Shown here: in pieces, positions 28,242 to 38,588 of the stretch
Layout: each line of letters opens with the position of its first letter
Numbering within the stretch: position 1 is the first letter of the stretch
IMG/VR virus record: IMGVR_UViG_3300010224_000001
Coordinates: 160,001-224,000 of that record
Length of the DNA: 64,000 nucleotides
Direction: 5' to 3' (one strand)
Source of the DNA: a virus
Position numbers and translations under genes: made by a program
Notes under the pieces: generated by a model
The model's input: only the letters and a program-made list of their open reading frames with translations
Databases searched by the model: none
What the model was told of the DNA's origin: nothing

Positions 28242-28704
28242 TTTCTTTCCTTTTTGCTATTTGTATTTTGAATTGCTTCATGCCGTTACTAACTACTTGG
28301 CGAATCCTCTTTAACCAATCGCGATCATGTTCACGTAATGCTACGATAGCATGCTCGCTGATCTTGTTGAGAATCGCGAATTCTTCAAACTCAATACCGT
28401 CACTGGTTTGAGCTTTATAGATCATCTCAGAGATCTGTTTGAAGGTGTTGTTGATAAAGAAATCATTACAACCATTAAAGAACTGATCGACTGTAGCGTA
28501 ACGATTGGTATCTTTTACGGCTTCTAATAACTTCTCAACAGTAAAGTTATCAGGATCAAATTCATAATTTACTGCCAGTAAAGCAGCGTAGACTTTTTCA
28601 AGCTTCTTGCGGCTCACGATGTACATCGATATTCTCCTCGGCTTGCTCTTTATCGTCCGACCAGATTTCGCGTTCGCGACCGCATTTGATACACTCTCTT
28701 TCAT
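28219..28704 (-). CDS. Hypothetical protein (true start may be near 28626)
   Basis: ORF in operon. Confidence 0.55.
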   Translation of the reverse strand: MKESVSNAVANAKSGRTIKSKPRRISMYIVSRKKLEKVYAALLAVNYEFDPDNFTVEKLLEAVKDTNRYATVDQFFNGCNDFFINNTFKQISEMIYKAQTSDGIEFEEFAILNKISEHAIVALREHDRDWLKRIRQVVSNGMKQFKIQIAKRKENDFGATV

Positions 28705-28810
28705 TCGGATTGTGACCTACGCCGCAACGACAGATCCAGCGTGTGTTCGGATAGACGATAGCGCTTTTCACAGGGTCCCACGGTGATGCGGATGTAGCAA
28801 CTCGTTTCAT
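28598..28810 (-). CDS. Small Zn-ribbon protein
   Basis: WICRCG..HN....CIKCG, RanBP2-like. Confidence 0.55.
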   Translation of the reverse strand: MKRVATSASPWDPVKSAIVYPNTRWICRCGVGHNPNERECIKCGREREIWSDDKEQAEENIDVHREPQEA

Positions 28811-28861
28811 GTCGTAATAAGTAGAGATAAGGATTACCCTACCTCTACTCCTCTCCTATTG

Positions 28862-29278
28862 TTAATTGTTTTCAGTAGGCGTAGGGATAAACCCTTTTGC
28901 CAAGTATTTGTGAACATCCCTGTGCGCAATTGACATTTCATGTATCTGATAGCCAATTGCCGCTGCGTACTTTTGCGGTTGATGATTCACGGTACGACCA
29001 AACAGGATCACCATGTCTACACCATTCTCTGCCAAACTAATGCTGACGTAGCGAGCGCTATCTGGTGGCGACAAATGAAAACCAAGCAAGGTCACATTGC
29101 CTACCGTCACAAGCTTGATTCGATATACGCGAATAAAGTCACCATTCAAAGGAGCAACACGATGGTAACGAATTGCTTTGCTATTTTCTAGCTTCTTTGT
29201 ACCGGTGATAACTTCTAATGCCATCTCTTCGATTCGACGCACTTGTTGCTCATTCCAACGCGGAATAGTCATGGCCAT
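28862..29278 (-). CDS. Hypothetical protein
   Basis: ORF; C-terminus YLAKGFIPTPTENN resembles 29520 YLANGITPVPTNL. Confidence 0.65.
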   Translation of the reverse strand: MAMTIPRWNEQQVRRIEEMALEVITGTKKLENSKAIRYHRVAPLNGDFIRVYRIKLVTVGNVTLLGFHLSPPDSARYVSISLAENGVDMVILFGRTVNHQPQKYAAAIGYQIHEMSIAHRDVHKYLAKGFIPTPTENN

Positions 29279-29508
29279 TATCTGTCTCCTTTCCTTGTTA
29301 TCATTATCAGCTCAAATGGTGAGTAATGATAGGAAGCAAAGAAAAGAGCGCAACCTACAATGAACAGAATAACGGCAAACAGCAACTCTCTGTTCCATTT
29401 GCCGTTATAGCTCATGACACTAAAGCAGACGCAGACGTAAGCTGCAATCCAGCAGCCGACACCAAGTAAGATCAAAACAATCAAGCCTACAATTGCAAGT
29501 GGATTCAT
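29278..29508 (-). CDS. Small membrane protein
   Basis: Two hydrophobic helices. Confidence 0.6.
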   Translation of the reverse strand: MNPLAIVGLIVLILLGVGCWIAAYVCVCFSVMSYNGKWNRELLFAVILFIVGCALFFASYHYSPFELIMITRKGDR

Positions 29509-29519
29509 GTTTGTTTTTA

Positions 29520-29888
29520 TTAGAGGTTGGTAGGAACAGGTGTAATCCCGTTGGCAAGATACTCGACGATATCTCGACGCGCAATATCGATTTCTTCTGG
29601 CTTATACGCAATCGCGATCTTGGTACTCGTTGGTTTCTTTCGATGCAATACATGGAAGCACAGAACAAACTTACCAGTTAGACGTTTAGTCGAAATGGCC
29701 ACAAACGGACCAGTATCAGGCTTCCAGTCAGCAGGCATCATTCGGTGTTCTACACGTGGTAGACGAAAGAAGAACGCGATACTCGGATCCAGAGTACGAT
29801 AAATACGATAGTTATGCGAATAACGATCCTTCTCAAGCAACTCAATGTTGGGAAGGATCTTTTGAATCATATCTTGCGCAACGGGCAT
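29520..29888 (-). CDS. Hypothetical protein
   Basis: ORF; paralog of 28862. Confidence 0.65.
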   Translation of the reverse strand: MPVAQDMIQKILPNIELLEKDRYSHNYRIYRTLDPSIAFFFRLPRVEHRMMPADWKPDTGPFVAISTKRLTGKFVLCFHVLHRKKPTSTKIAIAYKPEEIDIARRDIVEYLANGITPVPTNL

Positions 29889-29914
29889 TTTTTCTTATTC
29901 CTTTTTATTGGTAT

Positions 29915-30316
29915 TTAGTTTTTCGGTGCCAGATTAAACCACTCTGCTGGAAGGGTGGTCAGGAGTTTGGGATCGTACGGGTCGTCACGGTACAGACTGT
30001 GAACATCACCGAATACGTCTCGACGCCAGATGCAGATCAAGCGACCAGTCTCTTCATTCCATACCACAGCAATCCACGCTTTATCGTGCGTATTCTCATG
30101 CAGGTAATCCTGAGCATTCTTGGAAATGTTCCGCGGGTTCAGACCACGATTACGCCATACTGGTTTGATGGAATCGTTGAGGGAGAAGAAATCAGCGATG
30201 ATGGGATAAGTCTTTTTCTCGCGCATGATCGTTTTCTTGACAGTGCGGAGCGGCACGACGTTGGAGGGAGTTTCGGAAACTGCAGTAGTTTGTGCGTTAA
30301 GCATTGGAATCATCAA
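29915..30316 (-). CDS. Hypothetical protein
   Basis: ORF in operon. Confidence 0.6.
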   Translation of the reverse strand: MMIPMLNAQTTAVSETPSNVVPLRTVKKTIMREKKTYPIIADFFSLNDSIKPVWRNRGLNPRNISKNAQDYLHENTHDKAWIAVVWNEETGRLICIWRRDVFGDVHSLYRDDPYDPKLLTTLPAEWFNLAPKN

Positions 30317-30391
30317 CTTTCTATTTAAGGTTGATGGGAAGGTGGTCCTTCCTTCTTATTGGTTATTATAAAGTACAACGAAGGATGCTAC

Positions 30392-31090
30392 TTAAAACAG
30401 GTAACGTAAGAGATTGATAAACGTTACATTCTTAGGACGGTACAAGTCACTGTACTTTGGAGTAAACGCCAGACTAATCGCATTATCGAGTTCTTTTTCG
30501 AAACCATCCCAGTAATTATCATCTGATGGAATGAAACCCTCTTTGACTTCCGGGAACAATGTTTCGATGACTTCTTGTTCAGTGCTGGTATCACTTGCAC
30601 CACTATCTGGCTTGTAACCATTTTTAACATGGATACCTTGATCGATTTCTTCTGCCTGCCTAGTGGGGATAGCACGTACAAAACGGAATAGACCATGCGG
30701 ATCAGCATCACCATCAAAATAGATACGGTCGGCCTTGAGCCAATTGGTAGGACACGAGTGTTCATTATAAAAGTAGCTCTTATCCAAATCCATGGCTTCG
30801 CCTTTCTTGACGAAATCCATACCTTCCACTACCACATACAGCGGTTTATCTTGAGGCGGTAGTACCAGCAATACCTCAAGCTTTTCAACACGTTTATAAT
30901 CCAAGAGCTTGATATCGATATCGGTAGCGGAGTTGATTACCAATTCGAAATAATTGCCGCACGCGTCGCAAGACCAAGGCCCTACCTCTTTTGGAAGTTT
31001 ATCTTCCAACAAGTGATCGATGTAACTGCCAGTATCTCCCTGGCAATGCGGACAAACGATGTAATGCTTGGTGTAGATTTGAGCTTTCAC
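30392..31090 (-). CDS. Zn-finger-containing phage protein
   Basis: CPHC...WSCDAC and HSCPTNW motifs. Confidence 0.7.
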   Translation of the reverse strand: MKAQIYTKHYIVCPHCQGDTGSYIDHLLEDKLPKEVGPWSCDACGNYFELVINSATDIDIKLLDYKRVEKLEVLLVLPPQDKPLYVVVEGMDFVKKGEAMDLDKSYFYNEHSCPTNWLKADRIYFDGDADPHGLFRFVRAIPTRQAEEIDQGIHVKNGYKPDSGASDTSTEQEVIETLFPEVKEGFIPSDDNYWDGFEKELDNAISLAFTPKYSDLYRPKNVTFINLLRYLF

Positions 31091-31207
31091 TTTTGTTATT
31101 CCTTATTATCGACTAGCGGAGTCACCCAATTACGTAGTTGGGTATTTTTAGAAATCAACGAGACGGCATAAAAGAGAGGGATTTCTCCCTCTCCTTATGA
31201 TGCTTTA

Positions 31208-32434
31208 TTAACCTTTCACACAGACGACTTGTTTAAGCGTATACACCACTTCCACCAGATCAGACTGCGCATTCATGACTGCGTCAATGTCTTTGTACGC
31301 CATCGGGATCTCATCAATCACTTCAGCATCCTTACGGCATTCAACACCTTCCGTAGCCTTGATCTGGTCTTCCACAGTAAAGTTTTCTTTTGCTTTAGTG
31401 CGGCTCATCTTACGACCAGCTCCGTGCGAGCAGCTGTCGAATGACTCAGGATTACCTTTGCCGCGCACGATAAAGCTCTTGGCACCCATCGAGCCAGGAA
31501 TGATACCCAGCTGACCAGGTTTAGCCGAGACAGCACCTTTACGCGTCACCAACACTTCTTGACCAAAGTGGGTTTCTTTCTGGACGTAGTTATGATGGCA
31601 ATTGATGGCTTCGATGTGGGTTTCGAAAGGCTTTTTGATTACAGTGCGGATAGCGTCAATGACATTACTCATCATGACTTCGCGATTCATTCGAGCAAAC
31701 TTCTGCGCCCAACCAACCGCTTCGACATAATCGTCATAATGCTGCGTACCTTCCTTCAGATACGCCAGATCCTTATCCGGCACGTTGATCTGGTGAACAC
31801 GCATGTCTTCTTTAGCCAGCTCGATGAATTGCATCCCGATGCTATTACCGACACCACGTGAGCCAGAGTGCAGCATGATCCAAACCGTCTGGTGTTCATC
31901 CAAACACAGTTCGATAAAGTGGTTACCAGTGCCGAGCGTGCCTAGATGAGTAACGTTATTCGTTTTAGCTAGGCGTGGATATTTGTCGGTAATTGCAACG
32001 AACTCATCAAACAAAGTATTCCAAGCGCGAAGCGTGTCAACAGGAGGATGACTCCACGCGCCACGATCACCACGGCCGCCATTGTTGGTACGACCATGCG
32101 GTACAGCTTGCTCGATAGCCGATCGGATAGCAAACAGGTTGTCAGGAAGATCGCTAGCAGTCAGTGTAGTTTTAGCAGCCATCATGCCGCAGCCAATATC
32201 CACACCTACCGCAGCTGGAATAATCGCACCTAACGTGGGAATCACACTACCGATGGTGGAGCCTTTGCCGACATGCACGTCCGGCATCACAGCGATGTGT
32301 TTGTAGATGAACGGCATCTTAGCGATATTCGACAGCTGTACTTTGGCTTCTTCTTCGACCGGAACACCTTTAGTCCACATCTTGATCGGTTTGCTGCCTT
32401 CGTTGTTCAGGACTTCGTAGTTGTCTTGAGACAT
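31208..32434 (-). CDS. rtcB: RtcB RNA 2',3'-cyclic-phosphate/5'-OH ligase
   Basis: MPDVHVGKG, VGVDIGCGM, GTLGTGNHFIE, LHSGSRG, HHNY, RKGA, PGSMG, SCSHGAGR, DEIPMAYK. Confidence 0.95.
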   Translation of the reverse strand: MSQDNYEVLNNEGSKPIKMWTKGVPVEEEAKVQLSNIAKMPFIYKHIAVMPDVHVGKGSTIGSVIPTLGAIIPAAVGVDIGCGMMAAKTTLTASDLPDNLFAIRSAIEQAVPHGRTNNGGRGDRGAWSHPPVDTLRAWNTLFDEFVAITDKYPRLAKTNNVTHLGTLGTGNHFIELCLDEHQTVWIMLHSGSRGVGNSIGMQFIELAKEDMRVHQINVPDKDLAYLKEGTQHYDDYVEAVGWAQKFARMNREVMMSNVIDAIRTVIKKPFETHIEAINCHHNYVQKETHFGQEVLVTRKGAVSAKPGQLGIIPGSMGAKSFIVRGKGNPESFDSCSHGAGRKMSRTKAKENFTVEDQIKATEGVECRKDAEVIDEIPMAYKDIDAVMNAQSDLVEVVYTLKQVVCVKG

Positions 32435-32444
32435 GCTTCTTTCC

Positions 32445-33215
32445 TTATTGTTCGTTATTAATAAAATGCAAATCGCCACGAGGAATCTTGAGATTACCCA
32501 TGCGTTTTTCTAACAACTCCATTGCTTCTTCGCATGCGATCCGCAGGATGTCATTGGACACGAGGTCTTTAAACAATGTTACGTTAGGATCACGTCGGAA
32601 GCTAAACAGATAATTTTGATCGAAGATTTTTGTATGGCCGTAAACGCGATACGGATTCTTCTTATACGTACGCTTACTGGTCTGTGCATGAAACCATACA
32701 CCATTGCCGAGATCAAGCAAGATGCGCGGCGGTGCAGTCATATCGTCCGGATCAAAAATGAGTTTAGAACCAGTCGGAAAGGGATGGAAGATGCTGTTCC
32801 ATAATGCATCTATCATTACCTTTGTCAGGGTGGGCATCTTAGCTTCAATCGTTGCGTTACCAAATTTTAATTTGGAAAGGCCGCCGAGTTCAAAAGAATA
32901 CCTCAAACTTTCAACAAGATAATGTTTTGCATTATCAATCTTTTTTACTTCTTCGTCGTTGAGATTGACATCTTCCGGAAATGTTAATTTAACATCGTGC
33001 TGACACGTGATCGGTTGTTCGTTAGAAAAGTTGAGGTACAGATCTTTATAACTGGTTTTGTAATCAGTAGCTAAACCGTTTACAGAAGGTTCTTTGATTG
33101 ATGCTGTGATACGAAAGCCAGGTAGTTCAGAAAGAACATTGACTTTCTTACCGTCATGCTCGAGGACATCGATCGTTACGAAAGGAAGGGGGATTTCATG
33201 GATTTTCTTAAACAT
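32445..33215 (-). CDS. Hypothetical protein (paralog family E)
   Basis: IPLPFVT...LWNSI...LDLGNG shared with 55070 and 62047. Confidence 0.7.
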   Translation of the reverse strand: MFKKIHEIPLPFVTIDVLEHDGKKVNVLSELPGFRITASIKEPSVNGLATDYKTSYKDLYLNFSNEQPITCQHDVKLTFPEDVNLNDEEVKKIDNAKHYLVESLRYSFELGGLSKLKFGNATIEAKMPTLTKVMIDALWNSIFHPFPTGSKLIFDPDDMTAPPRILLDLGNGVWFHAQTSKRTYKKNPYRVYGHTKIFDQNYLFSFRRDPNVTLFKDLVSNDILRIACEEAMELLEKRMGNLKIPRGDLHFINNEQ

Positions 33216-33330
33216 GGTATTTTCCTATAAAAGGAGATGCGATTCTGACAAGCATAGGTCGCATGGAGTTACTGATTAGAATATTCTAATCAGGGTGAAA
33301 CAGGAACATTATCTATTCCTATTCTTACTA

Positions 33331-33347
33331 GTAATGTATGCCTAAAA
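33331..33347 (-). promoter_or_regulatory. Putative early promoter
   Basis: TTTTAGGCATACATTAC on the minus strand, after a terminator. Confidence 0.6.
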
Positions 33348-33399
33348 TGTCTTAGGACAACAAAAAAAAGAGGTAGGATTCCTACCTCTCTTATGACGC

Positions 33400-34539
33400 T
33401 TATTCAACAATCATGCGGGAATACTCTTCAACGATTTCCATGACTTGATCGAACTCTTCGCATTGCAACACATCGATAATGAAACGCAGACGTTGTTTAT
33501 TATCTTTCAAATGCCAATGGATAGCGTTCCAACCATGATCTTCAAGTGACTTATCCTTCACCTGAATGATGCAATGAAGTTGCAATGGATCTTGAATACC
33601 ATCCTCGTAGTCAAATGCAATAACTACTGGACAATCATCTGCTTTAAGGATGGCCTTGCCTTGTTCATATTCGACTTCGAATTGAACGATAAGCGAAGTC
33701 ATGTCCCCTTCGCCTTCGACATTTGAAGATACGAGATCGTACAGGAAATTCACGTCGAATTCCTTACGCCACTCTTCGTACTTGGTAATCTCTGCATCAA
33801 AGAGCTTTACGCCATCCCCATCGTAACCATACGCCGGAATACCGAAAGACGGTTCTTTACCCCAGTCGATGGTTTCAGGTTCGTACTTCTCACGCAGATG
33901 GAGAATCTTACGCTCCAACTCCGCAAAAGCCAAGGCTAGCATATATTCGCCTGAACTGATATCGAAGTCTACTGCTTTAGGCACGCCATCCATGCCAACA
34001 ATGCTAGCTTTCTTACCGTTTTCTGTGACGATAAAGTAACCTTGATCGCCAGCTAAAACGACAGTAGGATTCTTCAACATTTCTTCAATGTGACTATCCT
34101 CTTCCTTTTGCTTTGCCTCAATCTGTTTAAAACGCTCAACACACAAACTGATCACCTTTGCTTTATTCTCGATCGACGGTTTAGGCGCCATTGCGATCTC
34201 CGTTACAAACGCCTTTTCACGTTTTGCAAAAGGAGTAATTAGCATGCCAGCTTCACTCCACAGGGCCATGGGAATAAACTTCAGTGCTTGCTGAACGTAA
34301 GTGCTAAACTCACCATCGACAGTTGGATCGTATTTCTTTAGCGCTTCTTCCATTTCAGTGCGGTAGCATTCGAAATCTTTTACCAGGGTATCGAAGATAC
34401 CTTTCGGCAGCAGGATCGCATTGTTTTGCTCTTGTACAGAATCACTACCAGTAAGAAGCTTGGTGTCGCCTTCTGTTTCAATGTTGTAAGCAAACTTCAA
34501 GAAGTCTTCGAGAGTGATCGGATGCGATGTAGTATTCAT
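33400..34539 (-). CDS. Hypothetical acidic protein
   Basis: 379-aa ORF. Confidence 0.7.
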   Translation of the reverse strand: MNTTSHPITLEDFLKFAYNIETEGDTKLLTGSDSVQEQNNAILLPKGIFDTLVKDFECYRTEMEEALKKYDPTVDGEFSTYVQQALKFIPMALWSEAGMLITPFAKREKAFVTEIAMAPKPSIENKAKVISLCVERFKQIEAKQKEEDSHIEEMLKNPTVVLAGDQGYFIVTENGKKASIVGMDGVPKAVDFDISSGEYMLALAFAELERKILHLREKYEPETIDWGKEPSFGIPAYGYDGDGVKLFDAEITKYEEWRKEFDVNFLYDLVSSNVEGEGDMTSLIVQFEVEYEQGKAILKADDCPVVIAFDYEDGIQDPLQLHCIIQVKDKSLEDHGWNAIHWHLKDNKQRLRFIIDVLQCEEFDQVMEIVEEYSRMIVE

Positions 34540-34594
34540 GTTGGACTCGTCATAAACGCCAGGAGAAATTTTCCTCCTGGCTTATTGTTAATTA

Positions 34595-34999
34595 TTAGTG
34601 TTTAGCAGCACTGACCATCACACCGGTTTCATTACCAGTATTAGGACGTGCCATCAGACTCATTGCATCCAGAAGACGCGGCACCTCATCGACCGTGTCG
34701 ATATCGATTAAGCGATACTCGGCAGAACGCGAAATGCGCAGCGCCAGACGCACGCCTACGTATTCACCATCACGACGGAAAGCGCGCAGTGTATAGCGAT
34801 TACCATCCGCGGTATGGAATTCATGGACGTTGTTACCAGTCTTCCACAGAGTAAATCCCAGCGCAGTCATCTTATCCTTCATGGCGTCGATGAATGGCAG
34901 GATTGCTTTAGCGTGATGGTCAGCGTTGTCGTAGCTACCTTCGATACCCTTGCTATCTTTACGCAGCAGCTTTACTTCAGTTTGTACATTGTGAGACAT
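34595..34999 (-). CDS. Hypothetical protein
   Basis: AAGGAG RBS; ADHHA motif. Confidence 0.7.
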   Translation of the reverse strand: MSHNVQTEVKLLRKDSKGIEGSYDNADHHAKAILPFIDAMKDKMTALGFTLWKTGNNVHEFHTADGNRYTLRAFRRDGEYVGVRLALRISRSAEYRLIDIDTVDEVPRLLDAMSLMARPNTGNETGVMVSAAKH

Positions 35000-35161
35000 A
35001 ATAGCTCCTTAGTTGCAGCTTATTTAGTTTACAGCGAAATTGCTATAAACCGACTCGATCCCAAAATCTGAGTCAAAGAATTGGTGAGCTAGGTTATTTT
35101 TTCATCGTTACGAATAAACGGCATAAAGTCGAGAACCCGAAGGCTCTCGACTCTACGTCAA

Positions 35162-36889
35162 TTAGCTGTAACGGTCAATGAGGTACTTGGTCTTGATACC
35201 ATTCGTGACGACATGGATTTCGTAACCGAGACCGCCGCCGGGATGGTTGTGAACAGCCAGACCACCGAACGGTTCCAGACCTTCCGGTTGCGGTTCCATC
35301 TTACCACTCGTGAAGAAGTTCTCCAGAGTGGAACGGATTTCATGCAAGTCGTTATGCACCCACGATGCAGCCAGCGGGATCTGTTGAAGACCTGTATCCT
35401 TGGCGCCTTCCAGAGCCATGATCAGCGTTACGTTATCGCCAGTAGCAGCGCCCGGTTCTTTCATTTCGTGCGGCACAACAACGATGGCATTAACCGGCAC
35501 CAGAGTGAACGGTTGCAGGTTCCATTGTTGAGCGAACGAGCCCTTATCGTAACGATAAGCAGCAAGCGGATTACGCGCATTCTCATCGTCCCAAGCCATC
35601 AGAGGCGCAGCTTCCGGATCAACCGAAGTCGATACCGTCATGAAATCCATCCGGCTTGCTGTGACACGAACAAACAGGTTATCAGCCGTAGCCAACACTT
35701 CCTGTTTGAAACGCACCCACGACATGATACCGCCGTCGATGGTAGTCGGCAGTTGCGAAGCAGTGACCTTTGGAGCCACATCTTCTTTGGTTTTCAGATG
35801 ACCGAACAGACCTTGCTTAGCTTCCTCTTTGGCTTCCTTGACTTCCTTCGGTTCCCACACTTTGTACACCATCTCTTCCAGTGTAGCGAAGCGGCGCTTC
35901 AAAGCAGAAGCCAGACCCAGAGCTTCAAAGACCTTTTCTGCACGCATTACATTACCTTGCGTCGGTGGCGTTTGAGCACGGCCTTTCGTCAGCGAATCCG
36001 TTTGTTCCTTCCAACGTTTCTTCGCCAGGTCAAAGCTCATACCTTTCTCGATACCCTTGATGAATTCACCCAGAACAGTCGAGCCGATGTGAGTGCGATC
36101 TTTGTAGAGAGTCGCGACAGCATGCCAGACCAGACGAGCTTTCTGACGACGATCCTTCATCTCGTATGCGGTCTTCTGGAATTCGATGAACCATTCGAGA
36201 GTCTCGATGTACTTCTTCTCGTGACGCATGTCGCGCTCGTTCTTGAAGTAAATCAGAACTTTCTTTACGGTTTCCGGATTGAGAGAGGCGTCTTCGAACT
36301 TCTCTTCGCCACCTTTCTCTTTAATGCGACGCTTAACGAAACCCAGCGCTTCACTCAGAATACGGTAGTCTTCACGCGATTCGGAGATAGCTTGACCAGG
36401 CGTCTTCGTCCTCGAGAATTGCGGAACAATGGCACGCTGAACTTGCAGGTGATTGAAGGTATTCAGTTCAATCTGACCCAGCGTCTCGAAGCGGCTATAC
36501 CACACAGCTTCGATGTTTGCTTTCTCGACCAGAGCTTTCATCGCCTCGAACGAAGCACGGAAGTACGGGTCAACTTTATCGACCGCCGACCACATGGCGG
36601 AGACCAGATTGAAAACGCCTTGTGCATCTTTCTCGATAAAGACCAGGCGACCATAGCGACGGATGAAGTCCAGGCAGCACGAGCAGGTATTACGCTTGGC
36701 TTGGTCGTCAGCGAAACCACTCAGGAAAGCTGCTTGAATTGCTTCGTCGGTTACGTCAGTCATGAAGATGTTGGAATTCTTCATGTTGACTTTGTTGAAG
36801 TTGGCTTCGATGATCTTCGACAGCACGACATAGCGACCGTCGAGTTCTTCTTTTGCTTGAATGTTCGGTTGTTGCAGTACAGTTTCCAT
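35162..36889 (-). CDS. Conserved phage protein of unknown function
   Basis: 575 aa, CSCCLDFIRRYG motif, strong codon bias. Confidence 0.8.
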   Translation of the reverse strand: METVLQQPNIQAKEELDGRYVVLSKIIEANFNKVNMKNSNIFMTDVTDEAIQAAFLSGFADDQAKRNTCSCCLDFIRRYGRLVFIEKDAQGVFNLVSAMWSAVDKVDPYFRASFEAMKALVEKANIEAVWYSRFETLGQIELNTFNHLQVQRAIVPQFSRTKTPGQAISESREDYRILSEALGFVKRRIKEKGGEEKFEDASLNPETVKKVLIYFKNERDMRHEKKYIETLEWFIEFQKTAYEMKDRRQKARLVWHAVATLYKDRTHIGSTVLGEFIKGIEKGMSFDLAKKRWKEQTDSLTKGRAQTPPTQGNVMRAEKVFEALGLASALKRRFATLEEMVYKVWEPKEVKEAKEEAKQGLFGHLKTKEDVAPKVTASQLPTTIDGGIMSWVRFKQEVLATADNLFVRVTASRMDFMTVSTSVDPEAAPLMAWDDENARNPLAAYRYDKGSFAQQWNLQPFTLVPVNAIVVVPHEMKEPGAATGDNVTLIMALEGAKDTGLQQIPLAASWVHNDLHEIRSTLENFFTSGKMEPQPEGLEPFGGLAVHNHPGGGLGYEIHVVTNGIKTKYLIDRYS

Positions 36890-36973
36890 TATTACTTATT
36901 TTCCTATGTTAATTGGACTGACGTCATTTATTGCATTTTATTAACAACGCCAGTCTTTTTTCACTTTTTGATA

Positions 36974-37612
36974 TTACTGGTAATCCAGCGGTTGTGGAGA
37001 AGCTGACTTAAGATCGTCTTCAACATCAGCGACAATTGCTTCGAGAGTAGAAGCATAGAAGTCGTAGGAAACGACAGGTGTATAAGGATAGTAATACAGC
37101 TTACAAATATTACCTTGTTCAGACACCTTAAGACGTTCTTCTGTGCTAACAAAATCTTCGTCCTCAACCTCCGTTATGCTAAGAAACGCACCAAGGTCGT
37201 GACCACTACTGAACTGAGGATTATACTGAATGCCTAGTGAAGTGTTATTGTCCTGATGTACGATGAGTGTTTTGAGAAGACGTTCAAGTTTATGGATATC
37301 TACTTGAGCTGGTAGATTAGCTTGACCACGACCAAATACGCGCGCAACAACAGTCGTCAGAAGTCGATAAAGATTGTCACTGTACAGAGTGAGAACAGGT
37401 GCATCTTTACTCTGCATATAAAACTTCCAGACAGTGTTAGTCTGAATCGCATTATCTCGATCGATTGGGGAAGACCAATCTTTATCGCTCCATTCTCTAC
37501 TTACTTCTTCCACAGTTTGATAATTCAGACGTGGACCATTGTATTCCAAGAATACAGAGATGTTGTTATCAGTAATTCGTTTAAACAGAGCGTCAAGAAG
37601 TTGGATGTTCAT
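36974..37612 (-). CDS. Hypothetical protein with internal duplication
   Basis: ORF; YYYPYTPVVSY motif; the two halves are similar. Confidence 0.65.
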   Translation of the reverse strand: MNIQLLDALFKRITDNNISVFLEYNGPRLNYQTVEEVSREWSDKDWSSPIDRDNAIQTNTVWKFYMQSKDAPVLTLYSDNLYRLLTTVVARVFGRGQANLPAQVDIHKLERLLKTLIVHQDNNTSLGIQYNPQFSSGHDLGAFLSITEVEDEDFVSTEERLKVSEQGNICKLYYYPYTPVVSYDFYASTLEAIVADVEDDLKSASPQPLDYQ

Positions 37613-37628
37613 TATAATTCCTTTTTAT

Positions 37629-37877
37629 TTAGTCATCAGAACCGAAATCAAAATCTAGATCCCAGTCGCTATCGTGATTGCAACAGTGACTTGAACCACC
37701 ACCTGATGTACCTGAGAACATACCTAGGGAATAGAAGAACACTACTGCAAACACAATACACAATACGATCGCTACAAACAAACCAGGAACACCGTATTCT
37801 CCAAGTTTTGGAATAAAAACCGTGTAGTGTAGAATATTCAGTGCTACTGCAAAAATAAACTTCAAGATCGATTTCAT
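37629..37877 (-). CDS. Small membrane protein
   Basis: Two TM helices; paralog of 37906. Confidence 0.6.
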   Translation of the reverse strand: MKSILKFIFAVALNILHYTVFIPKLGEYGVPGLFVAIVLCIVFAVVFFYSLGMFSGTSGGGSSHCCNHDSDWDLDFDFGSDD

Positions 37878-37905
37878 GTTGTTGTTATTCCCTAGTTAAT
37901 TCTAG

Positions 37906-38100
37906 TTAAGTAGTGATTGTTTTCTCTTCTGGCTTAATCATGCCGATCGACACCAGGAAGACAGCTGCGAAGAAGAAAGTCAAAACAATAGCGATGGCGA
38001 TACCTATCGGTCCGGTCGTTTCCAAACGATGGAACACAAAGGCGTGGAAGATCACGTTAAGCATGATCGCGGTCAAGACGTCTAGGATAACCATCATCAT
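37906..38100 (-). CDS. Small membrane protein
   Basis: Two TM helices; LN..H..VF..L...G..G..IAIVL shared with 37629. Confidence 0.6.
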   Translation of the reverse strand: MMMVILDVLTAIMLNVIFHAFVFHRLETTGPIGIAIAIVLTFFFAAVFLVSIGMIKPEEKTITT

Positions 38101-38588
38101 TGTTCTGTTCCTTTCATAAGTTCAAAAGCTTTCTCTAACGATTCGCCGAGATTGAGGTAGTAACCGTTTGGATCTTTACTCCATGGGTTACCGCCAAAGA
38201 CACCAGCAACCTGATGAAGCGAGATAGGGATGGCCAGCGTTATGCCTGGAAGGTACAGAAGATCCTGCGCAAACCAGGTACGCAATTCATCATCGTAGTG
38301 ATCATAAATGACAGCAGCACCCAGACGGGTATTGACTGCAAGAATACGACGACCATGATCGCTGATAGCACGGACAACTTTACCGTAGGGTAGCGAAGTA
38401 AAGTCCGAATGATAAACAGCAGCATCCATCGATGTGTGTTTGTTATCCGGAATCTTAGTTTCCCATTCAGCATTGAAATCGATAGTATCAGTAACTTCCG
38501 TCCAACGCATGGTAAAGAACTCTACGATCTCACGATCACGTTGAATATATGCTGGTACGTTAGACATCGGTATCCTCCTCAAAGTCAT
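38097..38588 (-). CDS. Hypothetical protein
   Basis: GRRILAVNTRLGAAVIY motif. Confidence 0.65.
   Translation of the reverse strand: MTLRRIPMSNVPAYIQRDREIVEFFTMRWTEVTDTIDFNAEWETKIPDNKHTSMDAAVYHSDFTSLPYGKVVRAISDHGRRILAVNTRLGAAVIYDHYDDELRTWFAQDLLYLPGITLAIPISLHQVAGVFGGNPWSKDPNGYYLNLGESLEKAFELMKGTEQ

Noticed and set aside
35213-37006. 597-aa plus-strand ORF
   Set aside because: Antisense shadow of the 575-aa minus-strand gene; no RBS or motifs
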